This document shows, piece by piece, positions 38,947 to 49,286 of a stretch of DNA of 64,000 bases. The DNA lies in assembly GCA_002380805.1 (NCBI GenBank), contig DFWH01000014.1, positions 9,646 through 73,645 of the forward strand. Reading direction: 5' to 3'. Origin of the DNA: Clostridiales bacterium UBA4139 (GTDB lineage Bacteria > Bacillota > Clostridia > Lachnospirales > Anaerotignaceae). The translations under genes and the position numbers were made by a program. Each line of letters begins with the position of its first letter. Position 1 is the first letter of the stretch. A model generated the notes under the pieces. The model worked only from the letters and a program-made list of their open reading frames with translations. It ran no database searches and had not been told where the DNA came from.

Positions 38947-40188
38947 ATGGACGAAAAGATTTTTAACTCTTTAGAGATGGACGCCATTGGCGAAATACTA
39001 AATATTAGTCTTGGGGCGTCGGCCACAGCTGTCTCTACTATGCTTGATAGAAGAGTGGATATTACTGTTCCAAATGTAATGATATCAAGTAAGGAAGATT
39101 TTGAGTTTTCATATATGGAACCGGCTGTTGGTGTGGAAATCACGTATGTATCAGGCTTAAGCGGAAACAATATTATGCTTTTAAAACGGCATGATGTTAA
39201 GGTTATCGTTGAAATTCTAATGGGAATGGAATTTTCTGATGAGGATTTTGAACTTAATGAGATAAACCTAAGTGCGATCTGCGAGGTCATGAATCAAATG
39301 ATGGGGGCATCTTCCACAGCGTTAGCTGAATTGTTAGGAGAACCTGTTAATATTTCTACTCCAAACTCATTTGAAATTAATACCGTTGCTGAGTTTAGCG
39401 ATAAGTACTTATTAGAAAATGAACCTATGGTTGTTGTTAGTTTTTCGTTAAAGGTTGAAAATGCACTGGAAAGCGAATTTCTAAATATTATGACAGTAGA
39501 TTTGGCTAGGAAGTTATTGTCATGCTTTGGGCTTGCCATGGAGGAGCCTGTGCAAGAAAAAGTGGAAAGCCCAGAACCAAAAGCTGCATCCCAAAAGATG
39601 AGCTATGAAAGATTCCTTGAACCTGAAATACCCCAAGAATCATCTAGCAGAATGATGACTCAGGAAGAAATCGAGAAATTGTTATCCCAAAGTTCTGGCA
39701 ATGATACGAGTGGTCAGGTTCAACCTGAGCCTTTAAAGGCAGAGGTGAAACCTAGTGCTCCTGTTTCACCACCGAGGGTAGAGAGTGTACCGGTGGGTGT
39801 TAGTACAGAACCGATATATGCACCACAAGTACCGCAAGCACCACAAGCGCCTCAAGCAAATAATGTGTATGCACAGCCAAAGGTAATCAATGTTAGACCA
39901 AATGCGGAGTTGCATAATCAAGGGGAAGGAAATGCCTGTCAGGAAAGAACGGAAAATTTGGATTTAATTATGGGGGTACCTCTAGAAATTTCCGTCGAAA
40001 TAGGGCGCACTAAGAAAAATGTTCGTGAAATTCTGGAATATAATAAAGGATCCCTTATCGTTTTAGATAAACTTGCTGGGGAGCAGGTTGATATTTATGT
40101 AAACGGTCAATGTATTGCAAAGGGAGACGTTGTTGTTGTAGACGACAATTTTGGAGTACGTGTAACTGAAGTTTTAAGAAAGATATGA
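38947..40188 (+). CDS. fliY: Switch protein/CheY-P phosphatase FliY (CheC-like + FliN)
   Basis: EILN and EVMN phosphatase motifs, PQ-rich linker, FliN domain (GDVVVVDDNFGVRV). Confidence 0.93.
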   Translation: MDEKIFNSLEMDAIGEILNISLGASATAVSTMLDRRVDITVPNVMISSKEDFEFSYMEPAVGVEITYVSGLSGNNIMLLKRHDVKVIVEILMGMEFSDEDFELNEINLSAICEVMNQMMGASSTALAELLGEPVNISTPNSFEINTVAEFSDKYLLENEPMVVVSFSLKVENALESEFLNIMTVDLARKLLSCFGLAMEEPVQEKVESPEPKAASQKMSYERFLEPEIPQESSSRMMTQEEIEKLLSQSSGNDTSGQVQPEPLKAEVKPSAPVSPPRVESVPVGVSTEPIYAPQVPQAPQAPQANNVYAQPKVINVRPNAELHNQGEGNACQERTENLDLIMGVPLEISVEIGRTKKNVREILEYNKGSLIVLDKLAGEQVDIYVNGQCIAKGDVVVVDDNFGVRVTEVLRKI

Positions 40189-40227
40189 GAAGACAGGCTG
40201 GAATAGGGAAAGGATGGAATGATTAAA

Positions 40228-40587
40228 ATGTCTAAAATTTTATTGGTTGATGATGCTTCTTTCATGAGAATGATGATTAAAGATGCACTAACAAAAAATG
40301 GGTATACCGATATATATGAAGCTGCTGACGGTGTTGAGGCAGTCGCAAAGTATTCTGAAATTCGACCTGACTTAGTAATTATGGATATTACAATGCCCAA
40401 TATGGATGGCTTGGGTGCGCTGAAGGCAATCAAACAAATTGACCCTAATGCAAACGTAGTAATGTGTTCTGCAATGGGTCAGGAAGCAATGGTTATTGAA
40501 GCAATTAAATCAGGCGCAAAGGACTTCATTGTAAAGCCTTTTAAACCCGATAGAATATTAAAAACAGTAACAACTGTGCTTGGTTAA
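40228..40587 (+). CDS. cheY: Chemotaxis response regulator
   Basis: VDDASFMRMM, MDITMP, SAMGQ, DFIVKPF (alt. start 40219). Confidence 0.95.
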   Translation: MSKILLVDDASFMRMMIKDALTKNGYTDIYEAADGVEAVAKYSEIRPDLVIMDITMPNMDGLGALKAIKQIDPNANVVMCSAMGQEAMVIEAIKSGAKDFIVKPFKPDRILKTVTTVLG

Positions 40588-40626
40588 ATTGGGTAGGAGG
40601 AGAGTCTGATTTTTGAAGATTTCTTT

Positions 40627-40959
40627 ATGATTTTTATCACTTTTTTATCGGTAATTTTGGTACTTTTTTTGAGCTATTGGTTTACAAAATATGTTGGAAC
40701 AAAAACCATGAAGTTTAGAGGTTCTAGGCATATGGAAGTTGTGGATAGGCTTCCAATAACTCAGGATAAATCTATTATTATCGTTAAGGTGGAAAAAAAC
40801 TATTACTTATTATCTGTTTCACAAAATGGAATTGGACTTATTAAAGAGTTAGATGGTGTTGATGATGGAGCGTTCGAAGTTATGGACGAATTCCAAGGCA
40901 CCAAAGACCATGATTTTAAAGAGGTCTTATCGCAGTATTTCGCCAATCGAAAAAAATAA
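40627..40959 (+). CDS. fliO: Flagellar biosynthesis protein FliO/FliZ
   Basis: N-term TM, EVVDRLPITQDKSIIIVKV; between cheY and fliP; true start may lie upstream (see findings). Confidence 0.85.
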   Translation: MIFITFLSVILVLFLSYWFTKYVGTKTMKFRGSRHMEVVDRLPITQDKSIIIVKVEKNYYLLSVSQNGIGLIKELDGVDDGAFEVMDEFQGTKDHDFKEVLSQYFANRKK

Positions 40960-41026
40960 GAAATGCTGATTCATAGGGATAGGGTTTGATTTGGTTTTAT
41001 GTATTTAAAATACGAGGGAGTTTATT

Positions 41027-41683
41027 ATGAACGAAGCTTTTATTAATATAAACGGCGGCGGAATCCAGACGTTGGAGCTGTTTTTGATGATTACTGTGAT
41101 TTCGCTGCTACCTTCAATAGTCATTATGATGACTTCGTTTACCAGAATAATCATTGTAATGTCCTTTTTGAGAAATGCTTTGGGAATGCAGCAAACACCA
41201 CCAAATACAGTTTTAGTGGGCATTTCACTCTTTCTTACCTTATTTATTATGTCTCCTGTGTTGAGTCAAATAAATGAAAATGCATACATACCATATAAAA
41301 ATGAGCAGATATCTGCTGATGAGGCAATAGATAGAGCATCTGTCCCTATGAAAACTTTTATGCTGAAACAAACAGAAGTAGATACTTTAGATATGTTTAT
41401 GGAGTTTTCGGGGGAAGAGATCACAGAAAACTATGAAGACTTACCATTAACCGTAATAATACCATCTTTTATTACAAGTGAGTTAAAAAGAGCGTTTATT
41501 ATTGGGTTTCTTTTGTTCCTCCCGTTTCTTTTGATTGATATCGTAGTATCCAGTACACTTATGTCAATGGGTATGATTATGTTACCGCCTGCTATGATTT
41601 CTCTGCCGTTTAAAATTTTATTATTTATTACGGTGAATGGCTGGCAGTTGTTATTCTCTACATTGATTAAAGGCTTTAATTAG
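41027..41683 (+). CDS. fliP: Export gate protein
   Basis: MMTSFTRI, QQTPPN, PSFITSELKRAF, ISLPFK. Confidence 0.97.
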   Translation: MNEAFININGGGIQTLELFLMITVISLLPSIVIMMTSFTRIIIVMSFLRNALGMQQTPPNTVLVGISLFLTLFIMSPVLSQINENAYIPYKNEQISADEAIDRASVPMKTFMLKQTEVDTLDMFMEFSGEEITENYEDLPLTVIIPSFITSELKRAFIIGFLLFLPFLLIDIVVSSTLMSMGMIMLPPAMISLPFKILLFITVNGWQLLFSTLIKGFN

Positions 41684-41698
41684 TTAGGGGGATAATGA

Positions 41699-41956
41699 AT
41701 GACGAATGGAGAAGTTCTAGACATTATGCGTTCTGCAATCGTTGTTGCGTTAAAAATTGGTGGACCAATTTTGATTTTAAGTATGGTTGTTGGTGTGTTT
41801 ATATCTATCATACAGGCAGCAACGCAGATACATGAGCAGACAATTACCTTTGTACCAAAGGTATTACTCATTGTATTTGTCTGTTTGGTTTGTGGGCCTT
41901 GGATGCTTGAAACATTACAGGATTTCTTGTATCAGGTTTTCAGCCTCATGATTTGA
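41699..41956 (+). CDS. fliQ: Export gate protein
   Basis: QAATQIHEQTITFVPK. Confidence 0.97.
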   Translation: MTNGEVLDIMRSAIVVALKIGGPILILSMVVGVFISIIQAATQIHEQTITFVPKVLLIVFVCLVCGPWMLETLQDFLYQVFSLMI

Positions 41957-42108
41957 TTGGGAATATAGAAGCTGTATTCTAAATTGGTGGACAAGCCTCT
42001 ATGGATAAAAGAACTGTTGAAGGACTAAGGCTTTAATATTATTTCAGTTTTTATATGGTTTTTAGGAATACATTTTGTATTTGGATGTAATTCGGAGGCA
42101 TTGGACAG

Positions 42109-42873
42109 ATGGATTATTTCGATAATTTTGTATTTTTCTCATTAGTATTAATGAGAATGTCTGGGTTTATTTTCCTAAACCCTATTTTTGGAAGAAAAAA
42201 TGTTCCTGGAATCGTAAAATCCGGACTAGTCCTTGCTTTAACAATGATTGTATTTACCTCGATGCCACAACAGCAAATTCAATTTTCAGGGATGCTCGAA
42301 TATGGTGTCGTTCTGCTGAAAGAGTTTGCGGCGGGGTTTGCAGTAGGGTTTGTAATTAGTTTGTTTTTATACGTAATTATTTTTGCAGGCGAGATGATTG
42401 ATATGCAGATGGGTATCTCAATGTCAAAGATTTTTGATGTTCAAAGCAATGCTTCAATTGCGTTAAGTGCTACATATTATAACATTTTGTTTATGTTTTT
42501 ATTTTTTGTAACAGATGCACATTTGGCAATCATTAATATTTTATTGAATTCTAGTGATGTGATTCCTTATGGGCAAGTAATATTAGGTCAGAATGTAGCC
42601 CAGTCTGTATTGGATACATTTATCCTTTGCTCTGAGTTGGCATTAAAGATGGCCTTCCCTATAATTGCTATTGAATTTCTATGTGCAGTGGGAATGGGCA
42701 TTTTAATGAAAGCAATTCCCCAAATCAATGTTTTTATTGTGGATATCCAGCTTAAAATTTTTGTGGGGCTAATGATGTTATTGCTTCTTTTTTCACCAAT
42801 GGCAGATTTTTTAAACCAATTGGTAGTGATTATGGTTGATAGTGTAAGGGATATTCTGACTCATATGGTCTAA
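42109..42873 (+). CDS. fliR: Export gate protein
   Basis: AGEMIDMQMG, KAIPQINVF; multi-TM. Confidence 0.95.
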   Translation: MDYFDNFVFFSLVLMRMSGFIFLNPIFGRKNVPGIVKSGLVLALTMIVFTSMPQQQIQFSGMLEYGVVLLKEFAAGFAVGFVISLFLYVIIFAGEMIDMQMGISMSKIFDVQSNASIALSATYYNILFMFLFFVTDAHLAIINILLNSSDVIPYGQVILGQNVAQSVLDTFILCSELALKMAFPIIAIEFLCAVGMGILMKAIPQINVFIVDIQLKIFVGLMMLLLLFSPMADFLNQLVVIMVDSVRDILTHMV

Positions 42874-43016
42874 AGAGAATTTTAAAATGTTTATAGTTGC
42901 TTTCGTCAATGTCTTTGTTGAACGAGCTTTAAAGCCTTTCAGTTACCATATGGCTATTTTATAAGACAGATTTTTCCCATTTAAAAGTAAGGGTTTTCGA
43001 AAGAGGGGGGAGAACA

Positions 43017-44081
43017 TTGGCGGGCGATTCCAAAACCGAAAAGGCCACGCCCAAGCGAAGGCAAGACGAGCGAAAGAAAGGTAATGTCTTAATAAGTAAA
43101 GATATTATTACAGTTATATCCTTGGTGGGAACTTTCTTTGCTTTGAAGTTAATGTTTCCTCAGATTATAGCAAATGTAAAAGATTTTCTTTACAAAGCTT
43201 TTGGGTATGCCCAAACCAAATCGGACATTACGGAAGATTTTGTAATGGTAATTACAAAAGAAACCGTACTTGCGTTCTTCCAAATTGTGGCCCCTATTAT
43301 ATGCATTTCAGTATTATTATCTATTTTGGCAACTGTTGCACAGACAAAACCGCTTTTTGTCGCAGATAGTTTGAAGCCGAAATTTAACAGGATTAACCCA
43401 CTTCAGGGGATAAAAAGATTGTTTTCCTTAAAAAGTTTGTTTGATGTCATTAAGGGCATTATTAAAATTTCGATTCTTATTGTAATCCTTTATTCTTTTA
43501 TTTCCGATAGTTTGTTAACAATTACCAGAACTACCCAGATGGATCTTTCTCCATCGTGTTCTGTACTTATGGACTTAACGATGTCCTTGGCTTTTAAGAT
43601 ATGCTTAGCTTTTGTTGCAATATCTGTATGTGACTTCTTTTTCCAATGGTGGGAATATGAACGACAAATTAAGATGTCCAAGCAAGAGTTAAAAGAGGAA
43701 TATAAGCAAATGGAGGGTGACCCTCAGATTAAAAGTAAAATCAAAGAGGTTCAGCGTAAAATGGCGATGTCCCGCATGATGCAGGCAGTCCCAAAGGCTG
43801 ATGTTGTCATCAAAAACCCTACCCATTATGCAGTAGCTTTAAAATATGATGTTGAAAAAGATGGTGCACCAACGCTATTGGCAAAAGGTCAAGATGAGGT
43901 TGCACTTAGAATTATAAAGATGGCGGAAGAGAACAACATTTATGTTCTTGAGAATAAGCCCTTAGCTAGAGCAATCTATGCTACCACGGATATAAACCAA
44001 GAAATACCTGCTGATTTTTATGGTACTGTTGCTGAAATTTTGGTTTATGTGTATAAGTTGAAAAATAAAAAGTTGATATAG
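43017..44081 (+). CDS. flhB: Export substrate-specificity switch
   Basis: KTEKATPKR, EGDPQIK, NPTH autocleavage site. Confidence 0.97.
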   Translation: MAGDSKTEKATPKRRQDERKKGNVLISKDIITVISLVGTFFALKLMFPQIIANVKDFLYKAFGYAQTKSDITEDFVMVITKETVLAFFQIVAPIICISVLLSILATVAQTKPLFVADSLKPKFNRINPLQGIKRLFSLKSLFDVIKGIIKISILIVILYSFISDSLLTITRTTQMDLSPSCSVLMDLTMSLAFKICLAFVAISVCDFFFQWWEYERQIKMSKQELKEEYKQMEGDPQIKSKIKEVQRKMAMSRMMQAVPKADVVIKNPTHYAVALKYDVEKDGAPTLLAKGQDEVALRIIKMAEENNIYVLENKPLARAIYATTDINQEIPADFYGTVAEILVYVYKLKNKKLI

Positions 44082-44099
44082 ATTGAAATGGTGTGAGAT

Positions 44100-46157
44100 A
44101 TGAAAAAGTTATTTCAAAATTCAGTATCCTTATTTGTAATCGTAATTATATTACTATTGCTTATTCCGTTAAACCCCTTTTTGTTGGACACTTTGTTTAT
44201 TATTAATATATCCGTGTCCCTCATTATATTATTGATCACAATGAACATAAGGGAATCACTGGAATTTTCCATTTTTCCCTCTCTACTTTTGATCACAACC
44301 CTTTTTCGACTTGGCTTGAATGTTTCTTCGACCAGATTGATTTTGACAGAAGAGGGTGCCGCGGGCCAAGTTATTGCGGCGTTTGGTAGTTTTGTTTTAC
44401 AAGGAAACGTCGTTGTTGGTACGATTATTTTTATCATTATTGTTTTGGTTCAGTTTATTGTTATCTCAAAGGGTGCTGAACGTGTTGCTGAAGTTGCAGC
44501 TAGATTTACCTTGGATGCTATGCCGGGAAAGCAGATGGCTATTGATGCCGACTTAAACTCTGGCTTGATTACAGAAGAAGAGGCGAAAACAAGACGATAT
44601 AAAATTCAGAAAGAAGCAGATTTTTACGGAGCCATGGATGGTGCCACCAAAATTGTTAAAGGTGATGCCATCATGTCTATCATTATAACGGTAATTAACT
44701 TTTGTGCTGGTGTTATCATCGGTTTGGTACAATCGGGCATGAGTTTTTCTGAGGTGTTGCAGGTTTACTCCATTGCAACCATCGGTGATGGGCTTGTTTC
44801 CCAGATACCCGCCCTGTTAATTTCCACTGCTACCGGTATGATTGTCACAAGAGCCGTGTCTGACGGCAGTTTAAATACCGATGTGGCAGCCCAGTTTTTA
44901 GCTCAACCTCAAGCGATTACCATTGGCGGCGCTCTGGTGGGTATGATTGCAGTAATTCCGGGAACGCCTACTTTGCCGTTGATGCTAACCTCGGTGATGC
45001 TCCTTTCATTGGGTATTTATGTTCAAAGAAATATGAAGTTGGCAATCGCCCAGGAGGCACAGGCAACAGAAGCCCAATATACGCAAGAAATGCCAACGGA
45101 AGAAGAGTATTATAAAGATGTAAATAATATTTATTCCTTGCTGAATGTGGAGCCAATTGAAATGGAATTTGGGTATAGCTTAATTCCATTGGTAGACGAT
45201 GCAGGGGGCGGAAAATTAATCAACAGAATTGTTATTTTTAGGCGTCAATATGCCCAGGATATGGGATTTGTAATTCCATCTATCCGCCTTAGGGATAGTG
45301 CATCGCTAAATCCCAATCAATATACCATCAAAATAAAAGGAGAAGCAATTGCATCAGGTGAAATTCTTGTGGACTATTATTTGGCCATCGAACCTTCTGA
45401 ACCAATGGGGGACATTGATGGAATAGAAACCATAGAACCTGCTTATGGCATACCCAGCAAATGGATTTTACCGGAAAATAAAGAGTTGGCAGAAATTTAT
45501 GGATATACGGTTATTGACCCACTTTCCGTTATGCTGACACATATGTCAGAGGTTGTTTCCCAACATTCTTATGAGCTGTTATCCAGAACAGAGGTGTTGC
45601 AGCTTATTGAAAATGTAAAAGCAAGTATCCCTGAGCTAGTGGAAGAGGCATTCCCCAATATAATTTCTTATAGTAGTTTTCAAAAGATTTTATCAAACCT
45701 TCTAAAAGAGGGTGTACCTATCAAGGACTTAGTAACCATTATTGAAACGATTGTAGATTCTTCCTCAGTTACAAAAGATTTGGATTTGATAACTGAAAAT
45801 ATTAGGGTGGCTTTGAAGCGTACGATTACTCGTAAGTTCTGTGAATCTGGACAGATGAAGGTAATAACACTGGATGCTGAATTGGAAAAAGTAATTGTAT
45901 CTAGTATGGCTAAGAGTGAACATGGGGTGTACTTATCTTTAAGCCCAGATGTTTTGCAAAAGGTATTAATGCAGGTTGCAGATAATCTGAAGAAGTTTAA
46001 TGATTTATCTCATAAGCCAGTAATATTGACAAGCCATGTGGTAAGAGTTTATTTCTATCGATTAATTGAGCAGTTTTATCCCAATGTGAGCGTAATTTCA
46101 TTTAACGAAATTGCAAATAATGTTCAAATTCAGTCAATTGGAAATATTGTGTTATAA
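44100..46157 (+). CDS. flhA: Export gate protein
   Basis: RVAEVAARFTLDAMPGKQMAIDADL. Confidence 0.97.
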   Translation: MKKLFQNSVSLFVIVIILLLLIPLNPFLLDTLFIINISVSLIILLITMNIRESLEFSIFPSLLLITTLFRLGLNVSSTRLILTEEGAAGQVIAAFGSFVLQGNVVVGTIIFIIIVLVQFIVISKGAERVAEVAARFTLDAMPGKQMAIDADLNSGLITEEEAKTRRYKIQKEADFYGAMDGATKIVKGDAIMSIIITVINFCAGVIIGLVQSGMSFSEVLQVYSIATIGDGLVSQIPALLISTATGMIVTRAVSDGSLNTDVAAQFLAQPQAITIGGALVGMIAVIPGTPTLPLMLTSVMLLSLGIYVQRNMKLAIAQEAQATEAQYTQEMPTEEEYYKDVNNIYSLLNVEPIEMEFGYSLIPLVDDAGGGKLINRIVIFRRQYAQDMGFVIPSIRLRDSASLNPNQYTIKIKGEAIASGEILVDYYLAIEPSEPMGDIDGIETIEPAYGIPSKWILPENKELAEIYGYTVIDPLSVMLTHMSEVVSQHSYELLSRTEVLQLIENVKASIPELVEEAFPNIISYSSFQKILSNLLKEGVPIKDLVTIIETIVDSSSVTKDLDLITENIRVALKRTITRKFCESGQMKVITLDAELEKVIVSSMAKSEHGVYLSLSPDVLQKVLMQVADNLKKFNDLSHKPVILTSHVVRVYFYRLIEQFYPNVSVISFNEIANNVQIQSIGNIVL

Positions 46158-46173
46158 CATAGGAGCCGAGAGA

Positions 46174-46941
46174 ATGATATTGAAGAAGAAACTCAATGAT
46201 ATGACAAATGAAGAGCTATTTGCTGAGTATAAACTCTCCGGCGATTTAGATATTAAAAATGAGCTGGTTTTGCGTTATGTACATATTGTGAAAAACGTAG
46301 CCATTCAAATGCGGGGGGTTTATAGTGAGTTTACCCAGATAGACGATATTGTTAATGAAGGTGTATTGGCATTAATGAGTTCCATAGACAAGTTTGATAT
46401 GGAGAAGAATGTGAAGTTTGAAAGCTATATTTCCAAGCGTGTTAGGGGTATTGTTATTGATATTGCAAGAAAGAATGATTGGGTTCCAAGAAGCGTAAGA
46501 AAGGCTGCAAAGGATATTGATAAGGCAACAAATGAATTGTTTGTTGAGTTAGGAAGAATGCCAACAGATGAAGAAATGGCAAATCACCTAAATATATCCG
46601 TTCAAAAATATTATGAGGATCTGGGAAAAACCAACCTGATGAATGTGCTTTCTTTTGAGATGTTGTTGGAGGAAGCGGGGAATGGAAGGTATAACAACCA
46701 GATTATGAATGCCAACATGGAAACCATGCCGGAACATCATTTGGATAGTTTAGAGCTAGAAAGAGAAATAAAATTGGGCTTAGAGAATCTAAGAGAAAAG
46801 GAAAAACTCGTGGTTTCTCTTCATTATGTCCATGATTTAAATATGAAAGAGATTGCTGCTGTTCTGGGGGTAAGTGAACCCAGAATTTCACAAATACATT
46901 CCAATGCGTTAAGAAAGCTTAGGTTGTTTTTACAAGAGTAA
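46174..46941 (+). CDS. fliA: RNA polymerase sigma-28 factor
   Basis: DWVPRSVR, KFESYISKRVRG, region 4 GVSEPRISQIH; ATG 46174 after AGGAG. Confidence 0.93.
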   Translation: MILKKKLNDMTNEELFAEYKLSGDLDIKNELVLRYVHIVKNVAIQMRGVYSEFTQIDDIVNEGVLALMSSIDKFDMEKNVKFESYISKRVRGIVIDIARKNDWVPRSVRKAAKDIDKATNELFVELGRMPTDEEMANHLNISVQKYYEDLGKTNLMNVLSFEMLLEEAGNGRYNNQIMNANMETMPEHHLDSLELEREIKLGLENLREKEKLVVSLHYVHDLNMKEIAAVLGVSEPRISQIHSNALRKLRLFLQE

Positions 46942-46964
46942 TTGTTATTTTGGGGAGGGATAAA

Positions 46965-47714
46965 ATGTTTAAAGGGTTTTACAACTTATCTTCAAGTATG
47001 CTTACACAGAATAAAAATCTGAATGTAATCAGTAATAACCTGGCCAATGTTTCTACCAGTGGTTATAAGTCCGATAAGATGGTTTCTGGAACTTTTAAAG
47101 ATGCAGTAATGACTAGAACCGCAAATAATATCTTGGGAGCAGATGGAAGCTCTCTGGGGAATTCATCTATGATTACGGTTCCCTATGAAACAGTTACCAA
47201 TCTTGCAGATGGGGGTTGGGAGCAGACGGGAAGCCCTCTGGATTTTGCCATTGATGGTAGAGGTTTTTTTGAGATACAGAGGCAGGGCCAAAATGTCTAT
47301 ACCCGCAATGGTTCTTTTAGCTTGGATAATGAAGGTTATTTGATGCTACAAGGGGTTGGTAGGGTAAATGGTACAAATGGCCCTGTTCGGATTACAACAG
47401 ATGATTTTTACGTTGAGCCTGATGGTAGAATTTATGATGCAACTGGTAATTTGATTTCTCAGCTTAAGGTGGTTGATTTTAACAACTATGACGAGTTAAC
47501 AAAGGTTGGGGAAGGTGTTTTCACTGGCGGCGGGCAAGGCAGAGCATCGAATTCTACGCTTATGTGGAAATATGTAGAAACATCAAATGTTGATCCTGTT
47601 CAGGAAATGACAGATATGCTGGTTAGCCAACGATCCCTGCAAAGTGCCGCTCAGGTATTAAAGATGTATGATTTAATGGCTGCAAAGGCGGCAACGGAAA
47701 TTGGCAAGGTATAA
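46965..47714 (+). CDS. flgF: Flagellar rod protein (FlgF/FlhO-like)
   Basis: ISNNLANVSTSGYK, YTRNGSF, ETSNVD. Confidence 0.75.
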   Translation: MFKGFYNLSSSMLTQNKNLNVISNNLANVSTSGYKSDKMVSGTFKDAVMTRTANNILGADGSSLGNSSMITVPYETVTNLADGGWEQTGSPLDFAIDGRGFFEIQRQGQNVYTRNGSFSLDNEGYLMLQGVGRVNGTNGPVRITTDDFYVEPDGRIYDATGNLISQLKVVDFNNYDELTKVGEGVFTGGGQGRASNSTLMWKYVETSNVDPVQEMTDMLVSQRSLQSAAQVLKMYDLMAAKAATEIGKV

Positions 47715-47854
47715 GGATAACCCATAAATTTTATTGCGTTTAACCAGAGTGTTTGGCTAGTTAGGTCTTTTAAAAAAAGATGAAAAAGCTTGGCTTGTAA
47801 TGAAAATCCAAGGGATTTTAAAATAGCAATTATGTGCAAAGGAGAAATGTGTAT

Positions 47855-48631
47855 ATGCAAATGTCATTTTATACTGGTAAAGTTGGTGCGTCCGCCCAGC
47901 AGACAAAGTTGGATGTAGTTGCAAATAATATTGCCAATGTTAATACAGCTGGATACAAGTCCAAAAGCTTATGTTTTTCCGACTTGATTTATAACAATAT
48001 GGCAGGAATAGATGGTGCCCAATCCGATGTAAAATCGGGTAGCGGTGCAAAGCCAGATCGAACCAACACATCTTTTGAAAAAGGGAGTGTAAATCTCTCC
48101 AGTTCTCAACTTGATTTTTCCATTGAAGGCAGAGGCTTTTTTGGACTGCAAAATCCACAAACAAAGGAAGTATACTACACAACAAACGGTAGTTTTGCAT
48201 TGGCGGAAAAGGATGATAGCTTCTATTTAGCATCAAAAGATGGGTATTTTGTTTTGGGTAAGGATGGAAACCCAATAAAGATTAAGTCCGGAAATACAGA
48301 AGTGTTAGATGAAGATGTAGAACTTGGGAAAGATGGTAGCCCTCTGGAGGGGGAAGCAATTGCCCTTGAAAATGCGGAACCTGCGGTATATGATTTTTTC
48401 CGTACGGAGGGAATGCTAAGTGTGGGTGATTGTAACTTTGTGGCCGTTGAAAAAAATGGAGCTCCTTTTTTGGTTGATGCTAAGGTTACAAGGGGTGGCT
48501 TTGAAGGCTCAAATGTAGATATTTCTAAGGAATTTGCCAAGGTGATTGAGGCGCAAAGGGCTTACCAATATTCTTTAAGAATGGTGCAAACAACGGATGA
48601 AATTCAGAATTTAATCAATAATTTAAGATGA
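47855..48631 (+). CDS. flgG: Flagellar distal rod protein (FlgG/FlhP-like)
   Basis: ANNIANVNTAGYK, EGSNVDI, AQRAYQ. Confidence 0.75.
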   Translation: MQMSFYTGKVGASAQQTKLDVVANNIANVNTAGYKSKSLCFSDLIYNNMAGIDGAQSDVKSGSGAKPDRTNTSFEKGSVNLSSSQLDFSIEGRGFFGLQNPQTKEVYYTTNGSFALAEKDDSFYLASKDGYFVLGKDGNPIKIKSGNTEVLDEDVELGKDGSPLEGEAIALENAEPAVYDFFRTEGMLSVGDCNFVAVEKNGAPFLVDAKVTRGGFEGSNVDISKEFAKVIEAQRAYQYSLRMVQTTDEIQNLINNLR

Positions 48632-48659
48632 TGGAAAAATACAAACGGTTGGTGAGACT

Positions 48660-49286
48660 ATGAAAATTAATAGCTATCAAGAAATGAATGGATTTGCCAT
48701 AGATATGCTTCGAGAAATAGGAAGCATTGGCACGGGGAATGCAGCCACAGCTCTTTCAACAACATTATCAGCAAAGATTGCCATGTCTTTACCAGAAGTA
48801 AAGATTATGGGCTATAATCAGGCAATAGACTGTCTGGGTGGGCCTGAGAAGATTGTTTCTGCGGTATTGGTGCATATGACAGGTGAGTTTAGCGGTATTA
48901 TGCTTTACTTATTGGATTTGGACTTTGTAAATATTGTGTTTGACCGCCTTTCCCTGGGCATGATAGATGGATTTGAGGATATTGATGAGCTTAGGGCGTC
49001 AGCAATTGCGGAAATAAGCAATATAATCATTTCTTCTTATGCAAATGCAGTATCTCAGTTGAGTAATATATCGATCAACCTTTCTGTGCCAGCCATGACG
49101 ATCAACATGCTGGGCGGGATTATGTCTGTTCCAATGATCGAATATGGTTATGTTACCGATAAGATTATGATGGTAGATGGAAAGTTTATCTACAATGGCG
49201 GGGAGATGACAAGTAATTTAATTATGTTACCTGATATTAAGTCACTAAATTTTTTACTAAATAAGCTGGGTGTTTTTAATGGGTAA
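48660..49286 (+). CDS. cheC: CheY-P phosphatase
   Basis: REIGSIGTGNAATALS, AEISNII; precedes cheD. Confidence 0.92.
   Translation: MKINSYQEMNGFAIDMLREIGSIGTGNAATALSTTLSAKIAMSLPEVKIMGYNQAIDCLGGPEKIVSAVLVHMTGEFSGIMLYLLDLDFVNIVFDRLSLGMIDGFEDIDELRASAIAEISNIIISSYANAVSQLSNISINLSVPAMTINMLGGIMSVPMIEYGYVTDKIMMVDGKFIYNGGEMTSNLIMLPDIKSLNFLLNKLGVFNG

Noticed and set aside
39820..39860. PQVPQAPQAPQA 9-bp repeat in fliY
   Set aside because: Ordinary proline-rich linker between the CheC-like and FliN domains
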